From contig CAYJHD010000001.1 in assembly GCA_964370015.1 (NCBI GenBank), positions 16,884-80,883 of the forward strand: DNA of 64,000 bases, in the 5' to 3' direction. The notes below the pieces were generated by a model. It saw nothing but the letters and a program-made list of their open reading frames with translations, was not told the DNA's origin and did no database searches. Of this stretch, positions 8,783 to 17,360 are shown piece by piece (the stretch's first letter is position 1; each line of letters starts with the position of its first letter). This stretch comes from an uncultured Desulfovibrionaceae bacterium (GTDB taxonomy: Bacteria > Desulfobacterota > Desulfovibrionia > Desulfovibrionales > Desulfovibrionaceae). A program made the translations under genes and the position numbers.

Positions 8783-8831
8783 AATGAAGAAAGTTCAACC
8801 GCTTTTTACTTAAGCTATCCTGAAAAACCAT

Positions 8832-8862
8832 AAAAGGCACTCCCATCACGAGAGTGCCTTTT
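8832..8862. terminator. Hairpin AAAAGGCACTC-N9-GAGTGCCTTTT with A/T runs on both sides
   Basis: Inverted repeat read directly, followed by TTTTGT on plus and by a T-run on minus. No gene ends immediately next to it, so its role is uncertain. Confidence 0.4.
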
Positions 8863-9082
8863 GTATGATTTCTTTTTTACTGAATAGCAAAAATGTATGG
8901 AAAAATTTATGTCATGCATCACGTAAAATTAACGTTTGGCATTCGTATGCTTTATTGCTAAAACATGACAAAAGTTGGAACTTGTGACATATTTATATTC
9001 TTTACACAAAACCTTAACAGTTCGAAAACGCATACTAAGCCCCTGTTCTCTTTCTTTAGTGAAAAACCAGAAATAAGAATGG

Positions 9083-9219
9083 GTGGCACAGAAGTGGCAC
9101 AACGACACTATGCCCTACGTGAGCATAAACGAAAAAATTTATCAAGAGCTTCACAACTCCCATTGATTCACGTCAGCTCACCTTATTTCATCTCCAAAAG
9201 TGGCACAGGAGTGGCACAA
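9083..9219. repeat. Two copies of GTGGCACAGRAGTGGCACAA (four GTGGCACA octamers)
   Basis: 9083-9102 and 9200-9219 differ at one base. They lie between the island and tRNA-Pro. Confidence 0.6.
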
Positions 9220-9230
9220 AACAGTACATA

Positions 9231-9267
9231 ACAGAAAAGGGACTTAAAGCAATTTGCTCTAAGTCCC
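9231..9267 (-). terminator. Rho-independent terminator downstream of tRNA-Pro
   Basis: Stem GGGACTTA (9239-9246) / TAAGTCCC (9260-9267), followed on the minus strand by TTTTCTGT. Confidence 0.55.
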
Positions 9268-9276
9268 TAAAATTTC

Positions 9277-9353
9277 TGGTCGGGATGAAAGGATTTGAAC
9301 CTTCGACCCCTTGAACCCCATTCAAGTGCGCTCCCAGGCTGCGCTACATCCCG
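9277..9353 (-). tRNA. tRNA-Pro, anticodon GGG, CCA encoded
   Basis: Manual cloverleaf: acceptor CGGGATG/CATCCCG, D stem GCGC/GCGC, anticodon stem CTTGA/TCAAG with loop ATGGGGT, T stem GAAGG/CCTTT, T loop TTCAAAT, discriminator A, CCA. 77 nt. Confidence 0.9.
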
Positions 9354-9690
9354 ACGAAGAAGAGTTTTAGGCTAGATGAGCCTTTCTGTCAACAGAAAAA
9401 AAACAAAAATTACATTTTTTTGTAAAACCCACGGAAAAAACTTATCCCTCAATAAAAATCAACTATAAAATCAAGCGAATACAAAACTTCACCTATATTA
9501 CTTCATTACGTTTTTATAAACGAAAAGGTTCATGAAGCAAGCAGTACTACCGTTTTCTATTAAATGTCCTAGCAGCATCAATACACATCTCCAGCACATA
9601 TTCTACTCTACTGTACTTATCTTATGCCCATGAGTTCTTGCGCAGCGCAATGCTTAGAGTCTTTGCATTCACTCCATCCCATTCGTATGA

Positions 9691-10629
9691 TTACAACAAA
9701 GAAAATTGCCTACGCATCACGCTATGGTTTGGACGTTGCGTGATAATGGCATCATCAGGTAACTGCCCCACCAGCAGCTGTGATGTAGGATCGTGCACAC
9801 GCACATTTCGCTTACCCCTTTCATCGCTGCTTAAAGCATAGCAATAAGAACAGCCATTGGCGCAAGAATTATACGTTCCAATTTCAATGCTTTCCACACA
9901 CTGACACTCAGGTCTTTGATGTTTATCGCGCGCAACATCTATGGAGCAACCCAGTATTTTCTCTATAATGTCTTTATCAATACAAGAAGAAGCTTGTACG
10001 CCATGGGCAGACAGGTCACTTTTTTCTGAGCACGTATGGAGTGTGAATCCGAACTCGCGCCCAATGGATGAAAAAGTTTCTGCAATGGCATTCATCATAT
10101 CATAAGAAACACTATACGCAGGTAATTTACCCAACCTATTTTGCATATTCTTATAAATATCCACAAAGCTTATGATACACCTATCGGTACATCCACTCAG
10201 ATGCCTTGCCATATATCTAAAGGCTTTTTCGTGATATTCCACAGTAAAAATACTATCCACCATGATGGGATCATAACGCCACACCATTCTATGCGCACCA
10301 AGTTGCTTACTCAGCTCTTGAAAAGCTTGTAAAAGTCGCACTTTATCGGGTAAATTTCTTTCTACGCTTTTATTATAGGGCGTTATGGTAAATTGAAAAT
10401 AATAAGGATAACCCAAACTATCTATGATGGGCAAGTATTGCAAAAAAGGAAGGGGATTTTTAGTCCAAAAAACAATGCAATCCACAGCTTCTCGCCGTAA
10501 ATCTACCCCATAATAACGCTGAGCATTATAAGGGTTTGGCACAAGAACATGACCTCTTTGCAAAGCATTTACAAACCACTGCCCATAATAGGACGGAATG
10601 TCCGTTCTTCTGCTGGCACTTAGTATCAT
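9691..10629 (-). CDS. DUF1848 family protein with C-terminal Cys cluster (possible Fe-S DNA-repair enzyme)
   Basis: N-terminus MILSASRRTDIPSYYGQWFVNALQRGHVLVPNPYN matches my memory of DUF1848. Cys cluster CQCVESIEIGTYNSCANGCSYCYA. Last gene of the umuDC-ogt-alkD operon. Confidence 0.7.
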   Translation of the reverse strand: MILSASRRTDIPSYYGQWFVNALQRGHVLVPNPYNAQRYYGVDLRREAVDCIVFWTKNPLPFLQYLPIIDSLGYPYYFQFTITPYNKSVERNLPDKVRLLQAFQELSKQLGAHRMVWRYDPIMVDSIFTVEYHEKAFRYMARHLSGCTDRCIISFVDIYKNMQNRLGKLPAYSVSYDMMNAIAETFSSIGREFGFTLHTCSEKSDLSAHGVQASSCIDKDIIEKILGCSIDVARDKHQRPECQCVESIEIGTYNSCANGCSYCYALSSDERGKRNVRVHDPTSQLLVGQLPDDAIITQRPNHSVMRRQFSLL

Positions 10630-10638
10630 AAATAGGTT

Positions 10639-11328
10639 CTATCTTCTCATGAGTTTAATACGTGCTTTGGTCTCAGCATCCACTTTTAACGATTCACGTA
10701 TTTTTTGTAACGATTTATTATACGTGAAATCGTCCAATCTATTTTTTTGCAAAAAAAGCAGAGTGCGTTCAGGAAAGGAGACAAAACACATGGACACAGC
10801 CCAAGCCACAGCCATTTTCACATAATAATCTTCATGTGTTATCTGATTAAACATCTCAAAAAGGCTCTCAAGGCACACCTCTTCTCTAAAGTACATCAAG
10901 CATAAAACCACAGCAAAGCGTATATCATAGGCCTGTGCAGATGCGGCATAAGGTTGCAAAAACTCCCAAAAAATTTCGGGATGTTTTTTTACTATTTTAA
11001 GCTCGGTGCAAAAAGAATCACACAAAGACCAATTGGTGATCTTAGGTACAAAAAAAGCCACATGAGGCAAAATAGTTTGCACATCCACCTTCATATTGCC
11101 AATGATAAGCCCTTTGAGCATGGTTTCTTCAAAGTAGATGTCGCTAGTATGATAAAGATATGCCTCTCCATCTTGCTTGGCAATGCGCTGCGCTATTTTG
11201 CGCAAAAGCGGTATGCGCACGCCCAACAGATTTTCACAGCCGGGAATGAGCGCCGCAGAAAATTTTTGATACTTGGGCTCAGCTAAAGCCAACAGTTCCT
11301 GACGTATGGTATTTTCTAAAGTATGCAT
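10639..11328 (-). CDS. DNA alkylation repair protein (AlkC/AlkD-like HEAT-repeat glycosylase family)
   Basis: 229 aa. LLALAEPKYQKFSAALIPGCENLLGVRIPLLRKIAQRIAK and a helical-repeat character typical of the DNA alkylation repair enzyme family. Confidence 0.75.
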   Translation of the reverse strand: MHTLENTIRQELLALAEPKYQKFSAALIPGCENLLGVRIPLLRKIAQRIAKQDGEAYLYHTSDIYFEETMLKGLIIGNMKVDVQTILPHVAFFVPKITNWSLCDSFCTELKIVKKHPEIFWEFLQPYAASAQAYDIRFAVVLCLMYFREEVCLESLFEMFNQITHEDYYVKMAVAWAVSMCFVSFPERTLLFLQKNRLDDFTYNKSLQKIRESLKVDAETKARIKLMRR

Positions 11329-11336
11329 ACAGCCCC

Positions 11337-11816
11337 CTACTTACAACGCGCTTCCAAAGTCAGTAAATACGCTTTCATTTCCACACCACTGGCATAGCCC
11401 ACCAATTTCCCGCTGGCCCCAATGACACGATGACAAGGCACAATAACACCTATGGGATTTTTATTATTGGCCATCCCCACGGCGCGACATGCTTTTTCAT
11501 TGCCAATGGCCACGGCTATATCTTTATAAGAGCGTGTTTCTCCATAGGGAATATCACATAGCGCCTTCCATACCTTTTGTTGGAACTCTGTTCCTTTACC
11601 GGCATAAGCAAAGGAAAAAACCTTCCTTTCTCCAGCAAAATACTCCAAAAGCTCAGCAAAGACAGCATCGGAAAAGGGGGATTTTTCTCCCATATCTTGC
11701 GTCTCTTGATCTTTTTGCAGAGTCTCTGACAATCTTTTAAAACGCGTTAGCACTTCACCTTCATAACACATTTCAAAAAAGCCAAACTCACAAAGATACA
11801 CAGCTCTTTTTTCCAT
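11337..11816 (-). CDS. ogt: Methylated-DNA--protein-cysteine methyltransferase
   Basis: Active-site PCHRV in IVPCHRVIGASGKLVGY, preceded by IPYGETRSYKDIA. Confidence 0.9.
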   Translation of the reverse strand: MEKRAVYLCEFGFFEMCYEGEVLTRFKRLSETLQKDQETQDMGEKSPFSDAVFAELLEYFAGERKVFSFAYAGKGTEFQQKVWKALCDIPYGETRSYKDIAVAIGNEKACRAVGMANNKNPIGVIVPCHRVIGASGKLVGYASGVEMKAYLLTLEARCK

Positions 11817-11825
11817 ACTATTCCT

Positions 11826-13217
11826 CTAACGACAAAAAGCTCTAGGGATGGCGTCCCAAGAGGTGGTAAATTTAGGAGAGCGGTATTTTTGCCGCATGCG
11901 CCAAGGTGCACTCACGCCTTCACTGGCCTCCACACCTTTTCCTAGGCCCTGCCCCGCGTATTGTAAGGTGTGCTGTCCATAGCGCGCGTTCACTCCATCC
12001 AGTGCTTGCATGAGCTTTTGAGCTCGCTTATTGGCCTGCTCTTGCCCTTGTGATGCCAGTGTTAGCAAAGACCCTTGCTGCGTATGGGCTGATCCTAAAT
12101 CAAAAAGCATAACTCCGGCCTTGGCGTAAATCACACCTTCTTTAAATAAAGCATCCAAGCCACGCATGGCCGTTTGTACCATGATTGTGGTATCATCTGT
12201 GGCATGGGCAAAACGCATTTGCAAGGTTTCATTATAAGGGTGTTCCCCTTCAATGCATCTATGCTTTGAGGCACGAATATGCACAGCCATGCCTCCCGCC
12301 AAAAGTTTTTCTCGGCGTAAGCGCTGCGCGGCATTGACAGTAAAGGTGGTCAGCGCCTCAGCAAGATGCCCCTTGGCATATACGCGTTCCCCAAAGGAGC
12401 GCGAAGAAACCAAGGTATGTCTATGGCTAGGGGCATTTTCTGCGTCAATGCAAGCTATTCCACGCAATTCCATGGCTGTGCGCAAGCCCGTCACCGTCAA
12501 TTTTTTTTGTATCCACGCATCGGGCATATTACGCAAAGCCAAGGCCGTATTCACACCCACCGCCGCAAGCTTTGCCGCTTGACGTCGCCCAATGCCCCAC
12601 ACTTCGCCCACGGGTATACGTGCCAGCAGAGCCTCTTGAGCCGCCGCTTCGACAGGGAATACATACACACCGTGCCCTGCTCCGTGCCCCATTGCTTTCT
12701 GCTGTTCTTTTTTTGCTAAGTGATTGGCAAGCTTAGCCAAGGTGCGCGTGGGGCCTATGCCCACCGACACCGCTATGCCCGTCCACTGCAAAACACGCTG
12801 ACGTATGAGCTGTGCAGCTTCTTGAGCTTGTTTTTGCAAGGGGCCTTCAAAGCGTAAAAAAGCTTCATCTATGGAATATTGCTCCATATGCGGTACCACG
12901 CCTTCCGTCACATCCATAACTCGCTGAGAGATATCACCATACAAAGTATAGTTGGAGGAAAACACCGCCACATTATGTCTTTTTAAAAAGGCACGCGCTT
13001 TAAATTCTGGTTCTGCCATGGGTATGCCTAAGGCTTTGGCCTCGGCGGAGCGCGCCACAATGCATCCATCATTATTGGAAAGCACCACTATGGGCCGCCC
13101 CTGTAAGTCCGGACGAAAAAGCCGCTCACAGGAAGCATAAAAATTATTGCAGTCCATGAGCCCCCAGAGCTGCCCTTGGCCCTGCTCACTGAGTAGCTTA
13201 GAGCTTATGGATGACAT
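11826..13217 (-). CDS. umuC: Y-family translesion DNA polymerase, UmuC-like
   Basis: MDCNNFYASCERLFRPDLQGRPIVVLSNNDGCIVARSAEAKALGI is near-identical in pattern to the E. coli UmuC N-terminus. The true start may be the internal Met at 13157. Confidence 0.9.
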   Translation of the reverse strand: MSSISSKLLSEQGQGQLWGLMDCNNFYASCERLFRPDLQGRPIVVLSNNDGCIVARSAEAKALGIPMAEPEFKARAFLKRHNVAVFSSNYTLYGDISQRVMDVTEGVVPHMEQYSIDEAFLRFEGPLQKQAQEAAQLIRQRVLQWTGIAVSVGIGPTRTLAKLANHLAKKEQQKAMGHGAGHGVYVFPVEAAAQEALLARIPVGEVWGIGRRQAAKLAAVGVNTALALRNMPDAWIQKKLTVTGLRTAMELRGIACIDAENAPSHRHTLVSSRSFGERVYAKGHLAEALTTFTVNAAQRLRREKLLAGGMAVHIRASKHRCIEGEHPYNETLQMRFAHATDDTTIMVQTAMRGLDALFKEGVIYAKAGVMLFDLGSAHTQQGSLLTLASQGQEQANKRAQKLMQALDGVNARYGQHTLQYAGQGLGKGVEASEGVSAPWRMRQKYRSPKFTTSWDAIPRAFCR

Positions 13218-13668
13218 AACTCACCACGCCCCATATGTGCACATGTTCGCGTTCGGTAATATCCACTTCGGGATAGTCGGGATTTTCCGGAAGTAGCCAC
13301 ACACGCCCTTGACGGCGCACCAAACGCTTGACCATAAGTTCTCCGTCCAATGCCGCTATGACCACGCGATTATGCCCGGCCTCCAGCGACCTATCAACAA
13401 TGAGCAAATCCCCATCATGAATGCCGGCATTGATCATGGATTGCCCCTCGGCACGCAAAAAAAACGTAGCCGCAGGATTACGCACCAAATGCGCATGCAA
13501 GTCCAACTTTTGCTCCACATAATCATCGGCCGGCGAAGGAAAGCCCGCCGCCACCGGTGTTAAATATAAGGGCAAACCTCGCTGCATGGATTCTTCTTCA
13601 CTACTCTGCCCCTCGAAGCGCAAACCATGTGCCAGCGGCAATGCATTTTCGTCAAAACAATTCTTCAT
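13198..13668 (-). CDS. umuD: UmuD-like S24 self-cleaving peptidase (Pol V accessory subunit)
   Basis: VAAGFPSPADDYVEQKLDLHAHLVRNPAATFFLRAEGQSMINAGIHDGDLLIVD ... VKRL gives the Ala-Gly site and the Ser/Lys dyad context, as in E. coli UmuD. Confidence 0.85.
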   Translation of the reverse strand: MKNCFDENALPLAHGLRFEGQSSEEESMQRGLPLYLTPVAAGFPSPADDYVEQKLDLHAHLVRNPAATFFLRAEGQSMINAGIHDGDLLIVDRSLEAGHNRVVIAALDGELMVKRLVRRQGRVWLLPENPDYPEVDITEREHVHIWGVVSYVIHKL

Positions 13669-13856
13669 GAGCGCACTATAAGCTTGATACCAAGGTGAGG
13701 CAAGGGCTTGAACACGAAGGAAGGACGATTCTCTAGATAGGCCATTTCAAAAAACTTTCTTTACGATACAACCGTATCTTTGAAAGAAGAGTTTGCCGCA
13801 CTGTGCTCTTGTAACCCGAATACAAGATTAAATTTTTTATATACTTTCATACATGC

Positions 13857-14004
13857 TAGATAGTATCGTCAAATTACGAATTTTAGCATTTTAGCAAGGA
13901 AAACAAGCAAGCTTTGAGGAAGTGTATATGGACATACACGACTGAAAAGCTTGCGAAGTCTGACGCTGATAAAAGCGAAAAGGCGTCTTTGGCGACACTA
14001 TCTA
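13857..14004. mobile_element. 148-bp MITE-like element with 17-bp terminal inverted repeats
   Basis: Left end TAGATAGTATCGTCAAA (13857-13873). The right end tttggcgacactatcta (13988-14004) reverse-complements to TAGATAGTGTCGCCAAA, a 15/17 match. No ORF inside. A solo copy of the end lies at 38141-38164. Confidence 0.45.
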
Positions 14005-14087
14005 AAATATCTCACATACTTCCCCTTTGCCTTTGGAAAGCTTTGTGCTAGAGTCTTGTTAGGTACATTTACCAATAAGGAAAAATC

Positions 14088-14654
14088 ATGACCACCACAT
14101 CGCATAGAGAAGAATATATAGCTGATATCATTGAACGAGAGCTGGAGATGTTTTTATCCACACAAAATGAGGGCGGCCCTGCCTCTTGCCAGCAAAACCC
14201 TGACATGTTTCGGCATTGGCGCTGGATGATATTTTCTGTGCTTTCCGATGCTTATATTGCGTCGTACTTGCAAGATTTGATGGATGCCAAAAGCGTGGGG
14301 CGCAATTTACTCATGGAAAAATACGCCCGCATGGACAATCTCATCCCTTGCGTTTCTCCCAATATGGAAAAAGTTCGTCGCATCACCGAAGTGGAAAGAA
14401 TATGGCTTACGCAATTGGCCGAAGAATTTCCTCTACAATTTGCGCAGCAAATGCAAAGATTTGATTTTTACTTTTCACCGGAAATAGAAACGCTTTCCGA
14501 AAAAACCTTGGACTGCTACCTTGAATGCATCGCTCATGCTCAAGCAGAAGGACGAAATTTGTGCAAAGAACGCTATGAAAATATGTATAGCCGCATGAAT
14601 TTACCAAGCGTGGCGGAAAAAGAACACTTGTTACGCGCAAAGCAGCAGGCTTAA
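14088..14654 (+). CDS. DUF4125-like protein
   Basis: IIERELEMFLSTQNEGGPASCQQNPDMFRHWRWMIFSVLSDAYIASYLQDL resembles DUF4125 as I remember it. It is paired with a DUF4037 gene, as is commonly seen. Confidence 0.55.
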   Translation: MTTTSHREEYIADIIERELEMFLSTQNEGGPASCQQNPDMFRHWRWMIFSVLSDAYIASYLQDLMDAKSVGRNLLMEKYARMDNLIPCVSPNMEKVRRITEVERIWLTQLAEEFPLQFAQQMQRFDFYFSPEIETLSEKTLDCYLECIAHAQAEGRNLCKERYENMYSRMNLPSVAEKEHLLRAKQQA

Positions 14655-14657
14655 ACC

Positions 14658-15635
14658 ATGCAAGGACTACGCTTAGCAAAACTCTTTTATGAAGACGTGG
14701 CGGCGCCCATTTTACAGCAAAAAATGGGCACTATCATGAACAATATGGCCATAGGACTGGTGGGTGAAGGCTCTGAATGCTTTGGTTTTGATGATATTCT
14801 TTCGCGTGACCATGACTTTGGAGCAGGATTTTGCCTCTGGGTACCGCATGAAAAAAAAGAAGCCTTCATGGAGCCTTTAGCAGCTGCTTTTGCAGCCTTA
14901 CCCAATACCTTCATGGGCTTTCCCGTACGCCTTAAACAAGAAGAAAATGCTCTGACGGGGCAACGATTGGGGCTCTTTTCCATAGAAGAGTTCTATCAAC
15001 GCTTTTGCAATATCCCTAGAGCACCGCAAAGCTGGCAAGAGTGGTATGTCATACCTGAACATTTTTTGGCAGTGGCCACCAATGGTGCTGTTTTCTTTGA
15101 CGCTTTGGGACAGTTCAGTACCGTGCGACAAGACTTGCTGGATTTCTATCCCGAAGATGTGCGCAAAAAGAAATTAGCCGCACGCCTCAGCGTCATGGCG
15201 CAAAGCGGACAATACAATTTACCCCGCCTTTTACAACGCAAGGACGGCGTGGGGGCACACCTTGCCTGCACGCGCTTTATGGAGTGCGCCATGGCTGCGT
15301 ATTTTCTTTTGCATAAACGCTATATGCCCTTTTATAAGTGGGCCCATAAAAGCCTTACCAAGCTTCCCCAAGGGCAAGAGTTTTCTGCTCAGCTACAAGA
15401 GCTTTTATGCTTTAATCTTATTGAAATGTGTCAGAATCCTTCAGAGCAACGAAATAATGAATTCATGGCATTGGTGGAGAATATCTGCTTGCGCTTTGTA
15501 CACCTTTTGAACGCACAAGAGCTTAGTTCCCTTGAAGAGCCGTGGCTCATGGCTCAAGCCGAGTATCTACAAAGTTCTATTACGCAAGATGCCATACGTA
15601 GCCTTCCCCTCTCGCATGGGGTGCACTATTCATAA
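14658..15635 (+). CDS. DUF4037 domain protein (nucleotidyltransferase-like)
   Basis: IGLVGEGSECFGFDDILSRDHDFGAGFCLWV matches the conserved N-terminal block of DUF4037. Confidence 0.6.
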   Translation: MQGLRLAKLFYEDVAAPILQQKMGTIMNNMAIGLVGEGSECFGFDDILSRDHDFGAGFCLWVPHEKKEAFMEPLAAAFAALPNTFMGFPVRLKQEENALTGQRLGLFSIEEFYQRFCNIPRAPQSWQEWYVIPEHFLAVATNGAVFFDALGQFSTVRQDLLDFYPEDVRKKKLAARLSVMAQSGQYNLPRLLQRKDGVGAHLACTRFMECAMAAYFLLHKRYMPFYKWAHKSLTKLPQGQEFSAQLQELLCFNLIEMCQNPSEQRNNEFMALVENICLRFVHLLNAQELSSLEEPWLMAQAEYLQSSITQDAIRSLPLSHGVHYS

Positions 15636-15999
15636 TTCGCTGAAAATGGGCAGCCGCTTGAAAAAGAATAATCTACGTAGTCAGACTCTTTTTTTGCTCC
15701 AGTCGAGTACCGTAAGAGTACACTTCTTTCGCAAAAAATTTCGTCTTCCTCGTATCTTATCCTTTTTGAACAGCCTGTTTTAGATAGGTGTTTGCATGTG
15801 CTGCACAAGACGTGCAACCACTTTTAAAATTGTTGAAAATAAAAACGTTCCTTCTCGTCTCATAAACATAACACAGTGAATCACTTGGATATTTAACGAA
15901 CACATCTTGACAAATCACAGGTAACATGTTTTTTAGCAACACGAAGTACCGCTTACTTTTTTGACAAAAAAATCATCTTCAACCTTGTTCAGAGGTCCC

Positions 16000-17322
16000 A
16001 TGCTCTATTTAGAATTTTTGTTTTTATTTTGTATGCTTTACCTAGGAAGCCGCTTCAGTGGTGTGGGCTTAGGTGCCCTTGCTGCTTTGGGCCTCATGGT
16101 GGAAGTCTTTATTTTCCGCATGCCTTTGGCAGAGCCCCCCGTGGCTGTTATGCTCATTATTCTTTCGGTGGTCACCTGTGCGGCTGTGTTGGAAGCTGCC
16201 GGCGGTTTAAAATTCATGCTGCAATTGGCAGAGCGTATTTTACGCAACAACCCCAAACGCATCACCATCTTAGGCCCTTTTACCACCTATTTCATCACCT
16301 TACTTTTGGGAACGGGGCACGCAGTGTATTCCATCATGCCCATCATTGGAGATGTGGCCTTAAAAAATAATATTCGCCCAGAACGCCCCATGGCCGCCGC
16401 TTCCGTGGCTTCGCAAATCGGCATTTGTGCAAGCCCCATTGCCGCTGTAACCGTATACTATTTAAGTCAATTAACCATGATTAACCCTAACATCAATTTG
16501 CTTAGCATTATTATGGTTACCATCCCTTCCACCTTTGTGGCTGTGTTGCTCATATCGCTATACAGCTTAAAGCGCGGCAAAGAATTGGCCGATGACCCCG
16601 ATTATCAGGAACGCCTTAAAGACCCAAAATGGCAAAAAATTCTTGCCAGCAAAGCCCCTTCTGCCGTGGAAGAGGAGCTTCCTCCCTCGGCTAAAACGTC
16701 TGTATTACTCTTCTTAGTGGCCCTCGTGACCATTATTTTTGTGGCCATGGTGCCTGAGGTGCGCACCATTGGCGAAGAGATTATTCCCATGGATAAAATC
16801 ATCCAAATGATGATGCTGGGCTTTGCAGGAATTATTCTTTTGGTTACCAGAACGAGTACCAGTAAGATTCCTGAAGGCGTGGTCTTTAAGTCCGGCATGG
16901 TGGCCACCATAGCCATTTTTGGTATTGCATGGATGAGCGACACCTTTTTCCAATACGCCATGCCCGTGTTTAAGGCTTCCATCACCGATATGGTGCATGA
17001 CTACCCCTGGACTTTTGCCTTGGCCCTTGCCGCCGTTTCTGTGGTGGTGAATTCTCAAGCGGCCACGGCGCGCATTATGCTACCGGTGGGGCTGGGACTT
17101 GGTTTACCGCCGGAAGTTCTCATTGGGCTTATTCCTGCCACCTATGCGTACTTTTTCTTCCCCGTATACCCTTCCGATGTGGCCACTTGTAACTTTGACC
17201 TCAGCGGCACCACCAAGGTGGGTAAATGGTATTTCAATCATAGCTTTATGATTCCGGGGCTCATAGGTATAAGCTCTGCTTGTACCGTGGGTTATATTTT
17301 GGCAAGTATTCTTATTTCGTAA
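16000..17322 (+). CDS. dcuB: Anaerobic C4-dicarboxylate transporter, DcuB-like
   Basis: ORF track 15961 (TTG); ATG 16000 preferred. AEPPVAVMLIILSVV, GGLKFMLQLAERILRNNPKRITILGPF and GTGHAVYSIMPIIGDVALKNNIRPERPMAAAS follow E. coli DcuB closely. Confidence 0.9.
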   Translation: MLYLEFLFLFCMLYLGSRFSGVGLGALAALGLMVEVFIFRMPLAEPPVAVMLIILSVVTCAAVLEAAGGLKFMLQLAERILRNNPKRITILGPFTTYFITLLLGTGHAVYSIMPIIGDVALKNNIRPERPMAAASVASQIGICASPIAAVTVYYLSQLTMINPNINLLSIIMVTIPSTFVAVLLISLYSLKRGKELADDPDYQERLKDPKWQKILASKAPSAVEEELPPSAKTSVLLFLVALVTIIFVAMVPEVRTIGEEIIPMDKIIQMMMLGFAGIILLVTRTSTSKIPEGVVFKSGMVATIAIFGIAWMSDTFFQYAMPVFKASITDMVHDYPWTFALALAAVSVVVNSQAATARIMLPVGLGLGLPPEVLIGLIPATYAYFFFPVYPSDVATCNFDLSGTTKVGKWYFNHSFMIPGLIGISSACTVGYILASILIS

Positions 17323-17360
17323 AATTATTCACGTAGCAACACATACCCCAAGGAGACTTT

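Noticed and set aside
8965-9231. An 88-aa plus-strand ORF spanning the GTGGCACA repeats. Its GGTEVAQRHYALREH stretch faintly recalls the RYAH catalytic-Tyr region at the C-terminus of tyrosine integrases.
   Set aside because: It has no RBS. The two repeat copies themselves generate the similar peptide segments. The similarity to integrases is only a few residues and the orientation relative to the tRNA is atypical. It is better treated as non-coding repeats.
1-9353. Calling the left-hand island a bona fide integrative element or prophage remnant.
   Set aside because: No integrase, transposase, excisionase or second att copy is visible in the window. Only the tRNA adjacency and the composition mosaic support mobility, so it is reported as an island hypothesis only.
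13808-13826. Palindrome CTTGTA-N7-TACAAG upstream of umuD, considered as an SOS/LexA box.
   Set aside because: It lies 140-158 nt from the start codon. It has an odd spacer, unlike CTGT-N8-ACAG, and I do not know the LexA consensus for this lineage. It is not supportable without a genome-wide motif search.
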